Made by a program: the position numbers and the translations under genes. Of a DNA stretch of 64,000 nucleotides, positions 26,201-38,354 are shown in pieces; position 1 is the stretch's first letter, and every line of letters starts with the position of its first letter. Source of the DNA: Bilabrum cf. latius (taxonomy: Eukaryota); contig OZ237738.1 of the NCBI GenBank assembly GCA_965178125.1, forward strand, positions 1,302,001-1,366,000, in the 5' to 3' direction. Under the pieces are notes generated by a model, which did not search any database, was not told the origin of the DNA, and worked only from the letters and a program-made list of their open reading frames with translations.

Positions 26201-27732
26201 TGGGGATTTCCCCCCGGGGTGCCGTCCCCATGGTGGGAGGGGGACACCCCGCTGGAGCCCTTCTCCGGCGCGAAACCCCCGCTCGAGTGGGCCTCCACAG
26301 TGTGCACTGCATTGGAGTGCACCGAGGCGTGCGCGGCAGTGGAGTGCCTGGAGGCGAAACCCGCTGCATCGTCGGCACCATGACGTCCTGGGCCCACCCT
26401 GTGCCGAGCAGAGGACGACGACTGCGCCTCGAGCGCCTGCTCTGCGTCAGAGCCACCCGACAGTGGGGCAGTGCCCCATTGACCACCCCCGGATCCACCG
26501 CTGTTCCCTCGGACGGCAGACTGGCGGAACGCGCCCGCCCGCCGAGCACTCGTAGGGGATGCGCTGGCTCCCGCTGACCCCTTCCCATGCTGGCCTTGTT
26601 CCCTGGCCCGCTGCTCCGCCGCCTCCGCCCCCTCCGCGAGGGCGCTCGCCAGCGCCGCCAGCGCCGAGCCAGATGCGTCTACGGAACCGGAGGCGCCGCG
26701 CGGGGGCCGTCCTGCGCTGGGCGAGACAATGGGCGCGTTCATGAACGACTCGGAGTCGGAATTGCCACGCCCCGCCGGCAGCCTGCCGCCTACTGCCCCC
26801 GCGTGCCTCCGCCTGCTGTCCTCGTTCGCGTGCCGAGACAAGGAGGCGATCCTAGAGCGGCGGGACCAGTCCACGGGAGCCGTGCCGCTGCCCAGCACCT
26901 CCTTGCGGGAGAGGGAGAAGGAATCGTGCTCCACCCTCACGCGGTGCTCCGGGGAGACTGCTCCCTCCTCCCGAGCATTTGCTCCGGTGCTCGCCCCAGT
27001 GCCGCCGAGGTTCTCCGTGGAGAGATCTTCGGCGCGCAGCTCTCCACCCTTTCCCACGCTTCCGTTCCCTGGTTCATCTGATCCCGCTGCCCGGGGATCT
27101 GCTCCTCGCGCATCTGCTCCTGGCGCATCTGCTTCTGGCGCCCCGCGCTGGGAATAGCTGTCCCCGACGTCAGTGGCGGCGACTGAGCCTTGGTCATCGT
27201 GCGCCGCCGGCCCATCTGTTGTGCTTCCGATCATGCTTGATCCAAGCGCTCGGCCCATTTCACGCGCAGAGGTGGACTGGGGAGGGCGAGGAGGCTACGC
27301 TAAGCGAGCAGAGGATCTTGCAGTCGCGCTGGAGCGCGAAGAAGTACCAAATTTGGGATCGCCGGCTATGGAGCTCTAAAATAAACGAGCTACAGGGGCA
27401 TCTCCGCCACTGCGACCCCCTGTTTTGCGTCGGGCGCGGATGAGTCGTGCGATCGGAGACGCGATTCCAGCCTGGCCGCCGCTGCGGCTGATCGTGAGTT
27501 GGTCCTGAAGGTCTTGCACGTGGCTCAGCGTGTCAACAATTGATCTCCTATCTTCTTCTGGCACAGTTCTATCCAACATTTTGCGCAGTACCGCCTCAGA
27601 CTTTCGCAGCAGATCGCTCGCATCCTCGCGCCGCGTGGAGCTGTTGGACTCGAAGGCGTCGTCGAGGCTCTCGTGAATGGATTGCTCAATGCCCCGCAGA
27701 ATGTCAGCAAAACTGCTTCGAGCTTGTGCCAT
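23215..27732 (-). CDS. Long coiled-coil protein of unknown function (~1500 aa; 3 in-frame TAG)
   Basis: Three ORFs in one frame joined by TAG at 27376, 27295 and 24994 (HLQE*AQGLERE, inside a coiled coil). E/R/A/Q heptad-rich. Ends in TGA. Confidence 0.75.
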
Positions 27733-27901
27733 GTCGGCACCGCTTCGTCGCTCTGGTGCGGGCTCGGGAGCGTGAGTTGCAATGAGTCGATCCAGCGGTC
27801 GGTTCACCTCGCCGAACCGAAAAATCGCCACAGTGCCCGCAGCGGTCGCAACCGATTCGGCGGCGATTGGTGGTCGCCAGGGGCACTTTTCTGCGCAAAG
27901 C

Positions 27902-28303
27902 ATGGCTCGAACCGGGGCGTTCTTAGCCGGAATTGGTTCTGCGTGTGTTGCATACTACTTCATGCGGGAATCAATGTGGGCGCGCGCTGATGGAGCTGCC
28001 TCTGTGGCTCGGCAAATTCAACGGAAGGTACCTGGGATGAATTCTAGGATTGAGGTGAGATTTCCTCTTGCCAACTGTGCCAAACAAACCTACTTTATAC
28101 TCTTTATTATCTGTGAGTTTTGCAAACCGCTCGTTCCTCAGGTCTCGAGAGAGGATTCACCGGCGGATCGAATCGGGCACGTTCTGGGAGGCGACGCCCT
28201 GAAGGAGGTCGGCGAAATGGCGAAGCACGCGTGGAACCGGGGTGTATTTAAGACAAGGGACTTTGTGGCATCTAACCTGCTCGACGATGGGAAGCGAAGA
28301 TGA
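27902..28303 (+). CDS. Small membrane protein resembling MICOS subunit Mic12/MIC13
   Basis: N-terminal hydrophobic AFLAGIGSACVAYYF and C-terminal KHAWNRGV. 87-nt GT-AG intron at 28055-28141. Confidence 0.5.
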   Translation: MARTGAFLAGIGSACVAYYFMRESMWARADGAASVARQIQRKVPGMNSRIEVRFPLANCAKQTYFILFIICEFCKPLVPQVSREDSPADRIGHVLGGDALKEVGEMAKHAWNRGVFKTRDFVASNLLDDGKRR

Positions 28304-28512
28304 CATGGCTGATAGCGAATGCAATTCTCAGGATTCTTACTCTATGCGAGTATTCCAGGACTGCTAGTAATCACTTGATACTTTAATGCATAGATTACTG
28401 CGCATGTTGCACCAATTAGAGGCTCATGTCGATGCAGTCGACGTGGGATGCGGACACAATATGCCGAGTGTGATGAATGCGCTTCAGACGGAGAAGGCTT
28501 GCCACAAAAAGA

Positions 28513-30721
28513 ATGAAACTGCGATGCGTTCTGAGAAATACAATTGATATAGTTTGTTTATCGTTTTTGTGCAAGCTGTTGCTCTTTCATGGTTACAAGT
28601 CAACCGATTTCGACGTGCACCAGAATTGGCTGGCAGTAACTTGGAATCTTCCGATTCAGGAGTGGTACTTCGATGCAACAAGCCAATGGACACTTGACTA
28701 CCCACCGCTCTTTGCATATATTGAATGGGTGCTTGCCCAGGTGGCGTCGCAAATCGACCCATCCATTCTGCATGTGAGAGATCCTTGCCTCAATCTCCTT
28801 CTCGGCAGCTGGAATCTGCACGTATCCGCCCTCGATAGGATCAATGCACGCCCATTTATCGCAGCTATCAGCGGAGCCTAATACGAAATAGAGCACTCTG
28901 TACTTTCAGCGCTTCTCCGTTGTTGCGTCTGACGCGCTGCTGTGGCTCGGGGCCTCTGCAGTCGCAGCTGCCACGTTGAAGCACGATCGAAACGGAATAG
29001 GAACAGCACGATTGTGGGTAGCAGCGGCAGTACTGAGCCCTTGCTTGCTTATTCTGGACCACGTCCATTTCCAGTACAACGGCATGCTGCTCGGCGTGCT
29101 GCTTGGGGCGATCGCCGCCCTGCAGACGAGGCGGCACGGGCTCGCGGCCTTTCTGTTCACCTGCCTCCTGTGGATGAAACACATATTCCTCGTCCTGGCG
29201 CCCCTGATGTTTGTCTACCTGCTGCGCCACCATTGCTTCGAGGAAGAAGAGGGCGAGTAGGAGGAAGAGGACGAGTAGGAGAGCGAGCAAGCGAGCAAGG
29301 AGGGGCCACGCTCCTCCGGGCGCTCTTCTTAGAGACCCGACCGGAAGGGAAGCAGAGGTAGGACTGGGTATGCAGGCAAAAACAGTGTGAATCGACCGGA
29401 AGGCCATGATTCAGGTCGAAGCAGTGGTCCAGCTGCCGGCCATGGCAACGGCTCCGTAGCCCGCGGCGACAAGGGATAGGCAGGCCGACCGAGCACCGAG
29501 TTCCGGTTTGTCCCCTCGCACCTGCTCGCCCTGGGGGCCATCGTGCTCGGGACCAGCGCGGCCGTTCTCCTCCCAGTGCTCGCCTCCTCCCCAGACCCGG
29601 TTGCAACCGCGAGGCAGCTGGCCGATCGGCTCTTCCCCTTTGGGAGGGGGCTGTGCCACGCCTACTGGGCGCCGAACGCCTGGGCGCTCTACAACGTGCT
29701 GGACCAGGGCATCGTGCTCGCCGCCAGGAAGGCGGCCGCGGCGGCCGCGCCGGGGTATGTGACGAGTGCGATCGCGGGCTTGCTGCCTGGCTGCGATGCC
29801 CGAGGGGGGCAGCCGTGCGGCCGCGTGGTGGGTGGGTTCGGCTCTAGGGGACTGGTGGGGCACAGGGCAGATGGTGACACGCATGCGGTGCTGCCTGACG
29901 TCACTCCGGCAGCGTCGGCAATGCTTGCCCTGGCGGGTCAGCTGCCGGCCCTGTGGGCCGCTTGGAGGCTCCCTGGCGGCTCTGCGCGGCGCCTGGTTCC
30001 GCTCCTCGCGACCGTCTGCGCGCTGAGCGCCTTTGTGTTCGGGTGGCACGTGCACGAAAAGGCACTCGTCACACCGCTCGCGCTGCTACTGGCTTCGGTG
30101 CCCGCGCGCCCGGGACCTGTACCGGCGGCCGTCGGCCTGTTTTCGTCTATTTGCCTCGTTCAGCTGTTCCCGCTGCTGTTCGAGACAATGGACCAGCCTC
30201 TCCTGATGGCCTTATGGGCGGGCTGGGAGTGCTTCGTGTGGCTGCTCGGCGGGTGGGACTGGCGGGACCCTTGGGGTATGACGAGTGTTTCGGTGGGCGA
30301 GCACGAGTCGGAGCAGTTGCTCGGGCCTGGGTGGGAGCTGCTCCTACCGGGCGAGCATCGGGGCAGGAGCGATTCTATGGACAAGACTATGCGGGAGAAA
30401 TTGATGTAGAATCCAAATTCGATACCCGATTCGGGCCCCTGCGCGTCCTGTTTGGGCCAGGTGGTGCGGCTGGGTGCGGTGGTGTACTGGGCTGGGCTTC
30501 CCGCCGTGTGGCTGTGGGGGCACTGGTGGACAGCTGCCGGGCAGGAGCTGCTTGGAATGGACATGCCGTTCTTGCCCTTGCTCGCACTGTCCTCATATTG
30601 TTCCCTGGGAGTGATCGCCTTGTTCGGGTGGGGGTGCGTGGCCGTGGCGGAAGCCGCGGGTGCTGCTGGGGCCGCGGCCAGGGCCGGGACTGCTCGTCCA
30701 AGACAGTCACCGAAAGGGTAA
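28513..30721 (+). CDS. ALG8: ALG8 alpha-1,3-glucosyltransferase (6 in-frame TAG)
   Basis: [58 protein letters not shown] and FGWHVHEKA motifs. Intron ~28774-28864. TAG at 28889, 29258, 29276, 29330, 29477 and 30407. Ends in TAA. Confidence 0.92.
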
Positions 30722-30928
30722 AGCAGGTGCGCCCGACAGTTTCATTGTATTTGTACCAGTTTTAGAATAATCATGCTATTTGCCCCTACGGCTCGCTGAA
30801 AGTCTCGAAGCAACACATGTCCGTTCGGTCGGAGCATTCATGCGCGTCGGCGGCGTGCTCCGCTCGTCGGTTTCCCGCTCAAACCAGTACAAACCAACAT
30901 TTCTAGGAAAGCACCAAACCACAGAAAC

Positions 30929-33016
30929 ATGTCTTGGCGTGATACAATAAAGACAATCCGGTTGAGTTCAAGCGGACAAGGCACGGTCGGCGATCGTACC
31001 AGCCTGAGGCGCGGTACAGATGCAGCTGGCGCATCACATGGCCAGGCATCGATGGCGGCCTCAAAGGCAACGTTCTGCCGTCCCAAGCTGGGTCAGTTCG
31101 CCACAACTAAAGAAACATCTGCAAATAAAGGCATTACGATTGGAGTAGCTCTGCAGCAGATGCCCTTGAGCCTTCAGTCGGAGCGCAAGCAGCAGCGCCA
31201 CCCAATGCATCTTACCGTTCGGCACCCAAGAAACGTCCCTCGGGCCCCAGACCCGAGAATACCAGCCGACTCGAGCGCAACAAAACCTATTTTTAGAACA
31301 GGAAGGAAGCAGCTCGTCGGAATCAGAGCGTATCAGGGGAGCATGCCGGACGATGACCCGGTCGAAAGGACCGACACGATGGTGTCCGACACAGCGCCGG
31401 ATTGGCTCAAAGGACCGTACGTGCGGGCGCTCAGGGCGCAGAATACAGATAAACGAATACCTGCTGTGTCTTACGTGTGGCGCAATCAGGTACACCTCAT
31501 CCCTGTGGCTGAGGACCCCAGCCTCGACGCTGCCGCAGTCTCGCCTTGCAGGCACCACCCCAACTCTGTAACGCTGCACGACAGGACAGTCAGACGACTC
31601 GGCACCTCCAGCCAGGTGATAGGACTTCACGCCGTACTGGACAATCCGGTTGAAGGGCAGCACCTCAGGTCGGTATCACGGAGGATTCCGGTCCCGCGGC
31701 AGAGGCTTGCGACGTCTTTTGGCCGAGCAGGTGCTCGGGGTGCTGGGCTCGCATCAAAAGGCGAGCTGCTGCGGAACAGCCGGACCGGTCGAGGCATCGC
31801 GGTCTCTGAAAATGGAGAGATCTGCACCTACACTCCGGGGATCGAGAGTGCTCGCCTTGCCGCCGCAGAGCACTTTGCCGAGCAATTTACCGAGCGTCGT
31901 CCCGCGAGCTCAAGCGCGAGCCAAGACTATGGCCGAGCCGTCAAGGGCTCGACTGCAAACAGACCAACAAGTAGCAGGAATCCAGGTCGCCACGCGCGCG
32001 AGGGTGCAGAATCGTACCAGAGTGGGAGCGGCATGCTCGAGAGCAAAGAGGAGCATGCGCACATGCCTGGGGCCGGCCCACTGCCTGCACCCTCCATGCC
32101 TGGTAGGGGTCGCAGGATGAGCAATTCATGCCGCAAAGAGCCGAGCGAAAGGGCAAACGGAGCTGCCGGCGCCGGCTCAGTCTCCGGCAGGAGGCCAGCA
32201 ACGGCGGGTCCTCACTGGCAGGCTGCAAAGAGCAGCATTCACGGTGCCAGCCGCACAGAGGGGCCACGTGGTGCCCTCGGCCAAACGTGCGGCCGTCCTC
32301 CCGTAAACCAAAGGCAAGCCATGGCTCGGTTCCGATTCGTGGCTGACCCTATTCCTGCTCGGTTGCCGGGGGAGGAGCGGCAGCAACTGCTCGGAGCTGG
32401 CGCTGCGCACCCACGGCAGATTCTGAGAGCGCATATGCTCCCAATTCATCAGCGAGTGGCCATTGAAGGCAGGCACATTCTGCGAACGCATCACCACGGC
32501 GGCGGTATCGCGCCGGACGGCAGGTTCTACGGTGGAGCGATCCCGCAGGGCTGGACCTCGCTTGGACGGGAGAGCGGAGATCAGCCCGAGGTGCCTGCGG
32601 ACTCGAGCACGCGTATTTCGTCGCAGGCGTGGGCGGGGCTGGAATAGGCGAAGGGGTTGCGATAGATGCGGGGACTGGAGACAACGAACGCGGTGTCAAT
32701 GCACGGAGCAGCTGCTCAGGCTGGCACTGTCATTGATGCGGAAGAGGCGAGCACTGGCAGGCGAGTCAATCGTGCACAGAGCTCAGCCGGCGGCAGATCT
32801 GGAACAGGCGAGCATCAAAACAGCCGGGCCATCCCCCCGCTGCGCATTCCAACCGGCTCGGCGCGCCGAGCGAGCGGGCGAGCAGCAGGGGGCGCCAACC
32901 CTGCGAGCCATCGCAGCCGCAGTGCATGCAGCAGCGCGAGAGCCTCGAGGCCAAGCACAATAGGGATGACTCCACGGCAGCTGAGGACGGCAAGGAGGAA
33001 CAGAGGTAAGGCATGA
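30929..33016 (+). CDS. Hypothetical protein (2 in-frame TAG)
   Basis: A 572-aa ORF continues in frame through TAG at 32645 and 32663 into a 116-aa ORF ending in TGA. No recognisable domain. Confidence 0.55.
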
Positions 33017-33122
33017 TGGGATGCGCTGAAGAGCTTTGGCATGCTCGCATTCGTGCGAATGGGAGACACTGCTCTCTGTGACTGACAAAGAACTCATTTA
33101 AATCCAGCTCAACTCTGCTACA

Positions 33123-33809
33123 TCAAACTTCTTCTGCTGCCTTCCGCATGCCGTCTGTAACCATGATTCCGTCCACCTTTTTGAGGGTTGGCAAGCGCTT
33201 GACAACCTGAAGGATGGCCTGGTCGTGGTCCAGCCCCTCGTAGATGGGGTTCCCAACCAGCAACACCTCCTCCAATGACGGCAATGCAGCTAACTTCTCT
33301 ACTTCACCCCAATCTTTGATCTAATTTTGCGAGATGTACAAAACTCGCAGGGTAGTCAAGGGCAGAACGCCATCCAAGCTCGAGATTTGGTTGTAGGAGA
33401 TCCAGAGCTGCTCGAGCGTCCCTGCTACGTCGTCGAGCTTCTCAATCTTCTTGATATTGTTCCTTCCAAGCGATAAGATCTTCAAACTGCTCATTCCGCT
33501 CAAGGGGAAGATCTTGTCAATCATGTTTGTGGAGAGCGACAGGCGTTCGCACGCCGCAAGCGTCCCAACGGACGAGTCAATCTTGTTCACAAATGTCCGA
33601 GTGGCAGATTCATCAAGAGTAATACCGCCACAAATCAAGATTTCAGTTGCTTCCGCTGCAGCTTTCCCCTCCAGCTTCTCCCAATCCTTCAAGACCTTGG
33701 ACAGCGGCGCCTGCGAAATCAAGTCACATGAGCATTTAGACCACAACCGAAATGAGAATGTGCGGGAGGATCGCTTCAATAGTTGTTTTCTGCGAACACT
33801 TACGGCCAT
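33123..33809 (-). CDS. DNAL1: Axonemal outer-arm dynein light chain 1 (LRR protein LC1)
   Basis: LSLSTNMIDKI, LKILSLGRNNIKKIE and LEQLWISYNQI repeats. After the TAG at 33321 the conserved C-terminus follows: IKDWGEVEKLAALPSLEEVLLVGNPIY...VVKRLPTLKKVDG. A 2-codon first exon precedes intron 33711-33803. Ends in TGA. Confidence 0.93.
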
Positions 33810-33965
33810 TCTATTATATTGTCGATGTAAGTGCACGAAGAGCCGTCCAACGGAAAACCGAGGTGCCAAGCCGGAACCGTTCCAGCCGAGCTGATTTTTA
33901 GCGGGCCGAGTGACGGCAGGCAAAATGAAGGTAAGCGCCGACAGATGTAAAGAACGAACGATGCC

Positions 33966-35269
33966 TTATGTTATCAGCGAGATAGTCAGGTGCAGAGGCT
34001 CTCCAGCCCCCGCGGACACCCCTCCCTCCGCGAGCTGCCCCAGAGTGGTCTTGGACTGCACCGGCCCGTACCCCGAAGACACCTGCACCCTGAAATGAGG
34101 CACGCTGCACTTCCTGCCCACGTACCTCTGCAGCTTGCCCACCGTCGCCTTCCTCAGCCCCCTGAACCCCTTGCACTCCAGCAGCGGTTGCAACCGCTCG
34201 TCCTCGGCATCCCTCGGTCGCAAATTCAGGTCCAAGATCTCAGTCTCAGGGAACACGGCGGGGTCCCGCCGAGGAGCAGCGGGCTATGGGGTAGAGGGTT
34301 GACTAGCCCCTTCTTCACCCTTCCCCCCGTCCTCGCTGTCGCTCTCCAACCGCAGCCGCTTCGGAGACGCTGCCCCGCCGGGCTGTCCGTCAGCGCCTCG
34401 TTTCATCCCAGGACTGGCCGCCGCCCCTCGCCCTCGCCCTCGTCCTCGACCCCTCCCACGTCCCCGACCCCGGCCCCTCCCACGTCCCCGCCCCCGGCCC
34501 CGGCCAGCACTAGCAGTCTCTGAATCAGAGCCTGCGCCTGAACCAGACTCGGCTGCTGAGGGCGACCCCGGCATCGAAATGCTCGAGGCACGTTTTGAAG
34601 CAGCTGCGGTGGAGCTGCTGCTGCTACTGGAGGCGCCCGCTCCGCGCCCCCTGCCCCTGCCCCTGCCCCTGCCCCGCCCGCGGCCTCTCCCCTTTCCGCG
34701 GCCGCGGCCTCGACCCCGTCCCGATGCCGCATTTTCCTCTTCGTCCTGCGTAGCACCCTTCTCACCGAGGGCGCCAAATTTCTTTTCCTCTCTAGGAGGA
34801 GCCTATTTCGTGCTTCCGTGCGGGTCCTCCCCTAGAATGCCAGATTTCTCCCAGTTCAGCTAGCGAGCTAGTTCGAGTGCAAGCTGCTACCGCAGCAAGT
34901 CCTGGCTGCGCACATTTTAGTGAGAACGGAGTTGATCATATTGTAATAGACATATTAATAACCCTGAATGGGCAGCACGTTGTTTGGCACTCACTTCGCC
35001 CAAGTTCGGATTGGACCCGTAATGTGAGCCTCCCTTGGAGGGTCTTTCGCCATGCTCATCGCGTGGCATTGCGGGCAGTACGGCGGCAAACTAAGATCGT
35101 TTGTAAAAGGTTCGATGCAGTGGCGGCAAAACGTGTGACCGCAATAGATCAGCGACCAGGGATCGACAGATACCTTGTCGCATATAGGACAAGCCAGGAT
35201 GCTGCGAAGCTGGCTTGCCTTTGCCGCTGAAATTGAAATGTTTGGAGGGAAATCGCCGTCATCTTCCAT
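33966..35269 (-). CDS. PCGF/BMI1-like RING finger protein with C-terminal RAWUL-like domain and RG repeats (4 in-frame TAG)
   Basis: C3HC4 RING CPIC...CGHTFCRHCI...CPQC. Intron ~34906-34994, then QDLLR*QLALELAR*. C-terminal LNLRP...ATVGKLQRYVGRK. TAG at 34887, 34860, 34803 and 34284. Ends in TAA. Confidence 0.7.
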
Positions 35270-35430
35270 CCTCGGGGGCCCTTTCAGACCTAGCAGGCGT
35301 GCAGGGGCCTCGAACGACCGACCCAATTGGTGAAAAATGGAACGTTCGCGCAGGTTCGACGATGGGTGCTTCGATCCGACTTGCCGAGCATGCGGGATCT
35401 TCTTATCAATGCAAGACGCTCTTGTGATCG

Positions 35431-37638
35431 TCACCACGGCTCTTTACCACCCCCCTTTACATACCCCGAAGCCCCCCTTTCAGTCGCTCCCTGCCCCTCG
35501 CCCTCCTCCTCCTCCTCCTCCTCCTCCTCCTCCTCCTCCTCCTCCTCCTCCTCTCCCGCGCACGCCCCCATGGCGGCATACAGCACCCGGGCTGCGATGA
35601 AGAACACCGCGATGCTCATCAGAGTGTTGATCACGGCGAGAGTGCTATCGCTCATCTTCCCGAAGAGGAACCAGTCAAGCAAGAAGGATGGCAGCCAGAA
35701 CACCAGGTTGTACACGGTCAGCCCCAGCACGATGGCAACAACTTCCAGGCCGAACCTCCAGAGGAGGTCCATCGTTCCCGCCGGGCGGTGCTGGGGCTGC
35801 CCAGGGTACAACGGAGGAAGCAACCCAACCGAACCTTTCCCGCGCTTGACCACCACCTCACTGCCCCCGCTTCGTTGTTCCCTGGGCAGCTCGATCCCCA
35901 TGCTCGCGATGTAGCCCAGATCCCTCCACATATACAGCAGGGTCAGGGGCGCCACCTGCACGTTTCCCGACAGCTGCGAGTTGGCTCGGTTGGACCAGGG
36001 CAGTCGCAAGGGAGTGTCTAGAGCCTCCCACGACTGCAAGATGACCCACACCACGAGACACCACACGCCCAGGGTGACCGTCACCAGCAGCACCCGCAGC
36101 CACGAGTCCTCTCGATCTGTAGGGTCCTCCTCCTCCTCCTCTGCCCTCGCCCTCACCCTAGCCCCGTCTAGTCCAGTGCTCTGCTGGGGTGTGCTTCCGT
36201 TGATCCCAATCGCACTGTCAGGCGAGGTGTTGGTGGCGATGCTCAATGGCACCATGCGTGCCCCGCTGGAGGCATGCCCCGTGTCACCATCGTGCTCATG
36301 CCCCGTGTCACCATCGTGCTCATGCCCCGTGTCACCATCGTACTCATGCTCCTGTTCCTTGCCCTCGAGCAAAGGGGCAGCCGCACCACCGGCCCCGCCT
36401 TGCTGCCTACCGCCCGGCGCCTCACCCTGGGGAACAAATGACACGACCTCGCTCGGCCTGGGCCGGGTCACGATACGGGGTAGGACGGTGGGCGCCGCGC
36501 CGGCTCCATCGGCTTCGCTGCCGTTGCTGTTGGCAGACAGCGAGAACGAGTGCACGTACGAGGGCAAGAAGGTAAACCAAAGCGCCCGTCCGAGCTGTTC
36601 TTTGGACTCGGGATCGAACCCGATCGAAGGTTCGCTCTTCAGGAGCGCGTCCATGGAGGCCACAGCGGTGGCCAGGTTCGTCACCACCAGCCTCCCACCA
36701 GGCCGGAGCACCCGAGCCAGCTCCTGCATGCAGTGCACCCTGACCGCCTCCCTGTGTTTGGTCGGCATCTCGCGTTGGTTGAGCCAGGGGGACGACATCG
36801 CGAACGGCCAGACAACAAGGTCCACCGAGTTGCTCTCCAGCGGCAAGGAGCGCCGGGGATCCGTCCTCAGCAGCCGCACGGACCCTGCGTATTCCTGGGG
36901 AGAGTCCCAGAGCTCGCTGTCGGCGTCGTCGCCAGCGAACCTCTCAGCGTCTCGGCGAACGTTCTCTTTTGTCCACCCCGTCGACTCCCGGTTCAGTGAG
37001 GGGATGCCCCACGCGTCCATGGCGATGACCGTGCCGGGCGAGCTCTTCGAACCAGGACCGCGAAATGCGCCCGTGCCGTCCAATGTAGCCGGATTGCCGC
37101 TTGTTGCTGGTTTGAGGCCCCTCTTTCTCTCCCTCTCCTGTCTCAGAGATGCCAGCCGCCAGAGGACGGGGTCCAGGAAGAGGCCCCGGCCGGCGCCCAA
37201 CAGAAGCACTACAGGAGGGCGCACTTGCTCGGGTCCAGCTGCAAGCTGATCCGGGCTCTAGAATCTATCTTGAGTTGGGTAGTTGTTGTCTGCAGTACTG
37301 GTAGCGACCTCTGCCAATTCTGGCGCGATGTACTCGGTGGGAATAGCTTGCCCGAGGCCGTAGCGCGTGCACGGCCGGAAGCACTGGAATGCCATCATGA
37401 GCACACCCGTCCAGGTAAAGAGCATCGGAGCGATAGGCAGCCCGCCAATTGAATAGAACTGGGACTGGCACGCAAACTGCGGCGCACTCTCGCGAAAAGC
37501 GAAGAATAACAAGCACGGTGCGAAGGTGAGGCAGATACCAACACCGGTGACGTACTCAATGAGATAGCTGCCGCCCGTTCCGTAGTTAGATTCAGCCTTC
37601 GGAGATCTCCGCGGCGCGCACAAGTGTGTATTTTCCAT
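35431..37638 (-). CDS. Membrane protein with class I SAM-methyltransferase-like domain
   Basis: VVLLLGAGRG, LPLESNSVDLVV and ELARVLRPGGRLVV motifs. Hydrophobic segments at both ends. N-terminal ORF joined in frame by TAG at 37258. Ends in TGA. Confidence 0.7.
36273..36344. repeat. Coding tandem repeat, 24 bp x3 (EHDGDTGH)
   Basis: CATGCCCCGTGTCACCATCGTGCT repeated three times, with one mismatch. Confidence 0.9.
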
Positions 37639-38012
37639 TCTTAGATATAACTAAATGCACACGCAAATGCAGAGCACAGACAGTGTTGCTACTGCTCCGG
37701 TAGCCTGACTTATGGGCTACACGCCGCTCTCATCCCAACACCGGCCTGTATCTATCTAAGATCCATTAGAATGGCAGCCATGGCCCATCATTGGAGCCAA
37801 GTAGACAGGAAACAGGATGACTGCCTTGACCCTAGGTGGTTCCGGTTTGGACTTCAGAGTCCACCGGTGCAAGCTGAAGTCTGTTGGCTATTCTGCTGCT
37901 AAAAGAAGAGTATATGCTGCAAAACCATGAGCATTGGTACAAGCATCATATCAGTAAGTACAGCATCCAGTACTCGCACGCGATTGCTCGCAAGCCAGCT
38001 AGTAGCGGCTCA

Positions 38013-38321
38013 TCAGCAGAGGCCAGGGGGCAGGTCCTGCGGGTCGACCAGGCCGTCTGCCCCGGTCATGGTCATCCACCACTCGCCGTCGGTGCTATGG
38101 CTACGGACTGACGTAGCACTGGTGCTCGTTGAGGTGATCCACGAGCTTGACCCGAACTCGGGGTCAACGCACACTGGCTGGAACCTCCGCTTCCTCCTGA
38201 TCTAGATCTGGGGGGTGTCCTCGGCTGTCGGCTTGCCCTCGACCGCCGACGGGTTCGTCTTAACTGAGGCTTCATCTATATCCGGCATTTGGACGAGCAG
38301 GACATCACCGCCTCTAGGTGC

Positions 38322-38354
<33 letters not shown>

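Noticed and set aside
35500-35555. Trinucleotide and hexanucleotide runs (CCT)n, (GAT)n at ~43860 and (GACGAG)n at ~7095
   Set aside because: These are ordinary coding microsatellites for poly-Glu, poly-Asp and poly-Ser tracts.
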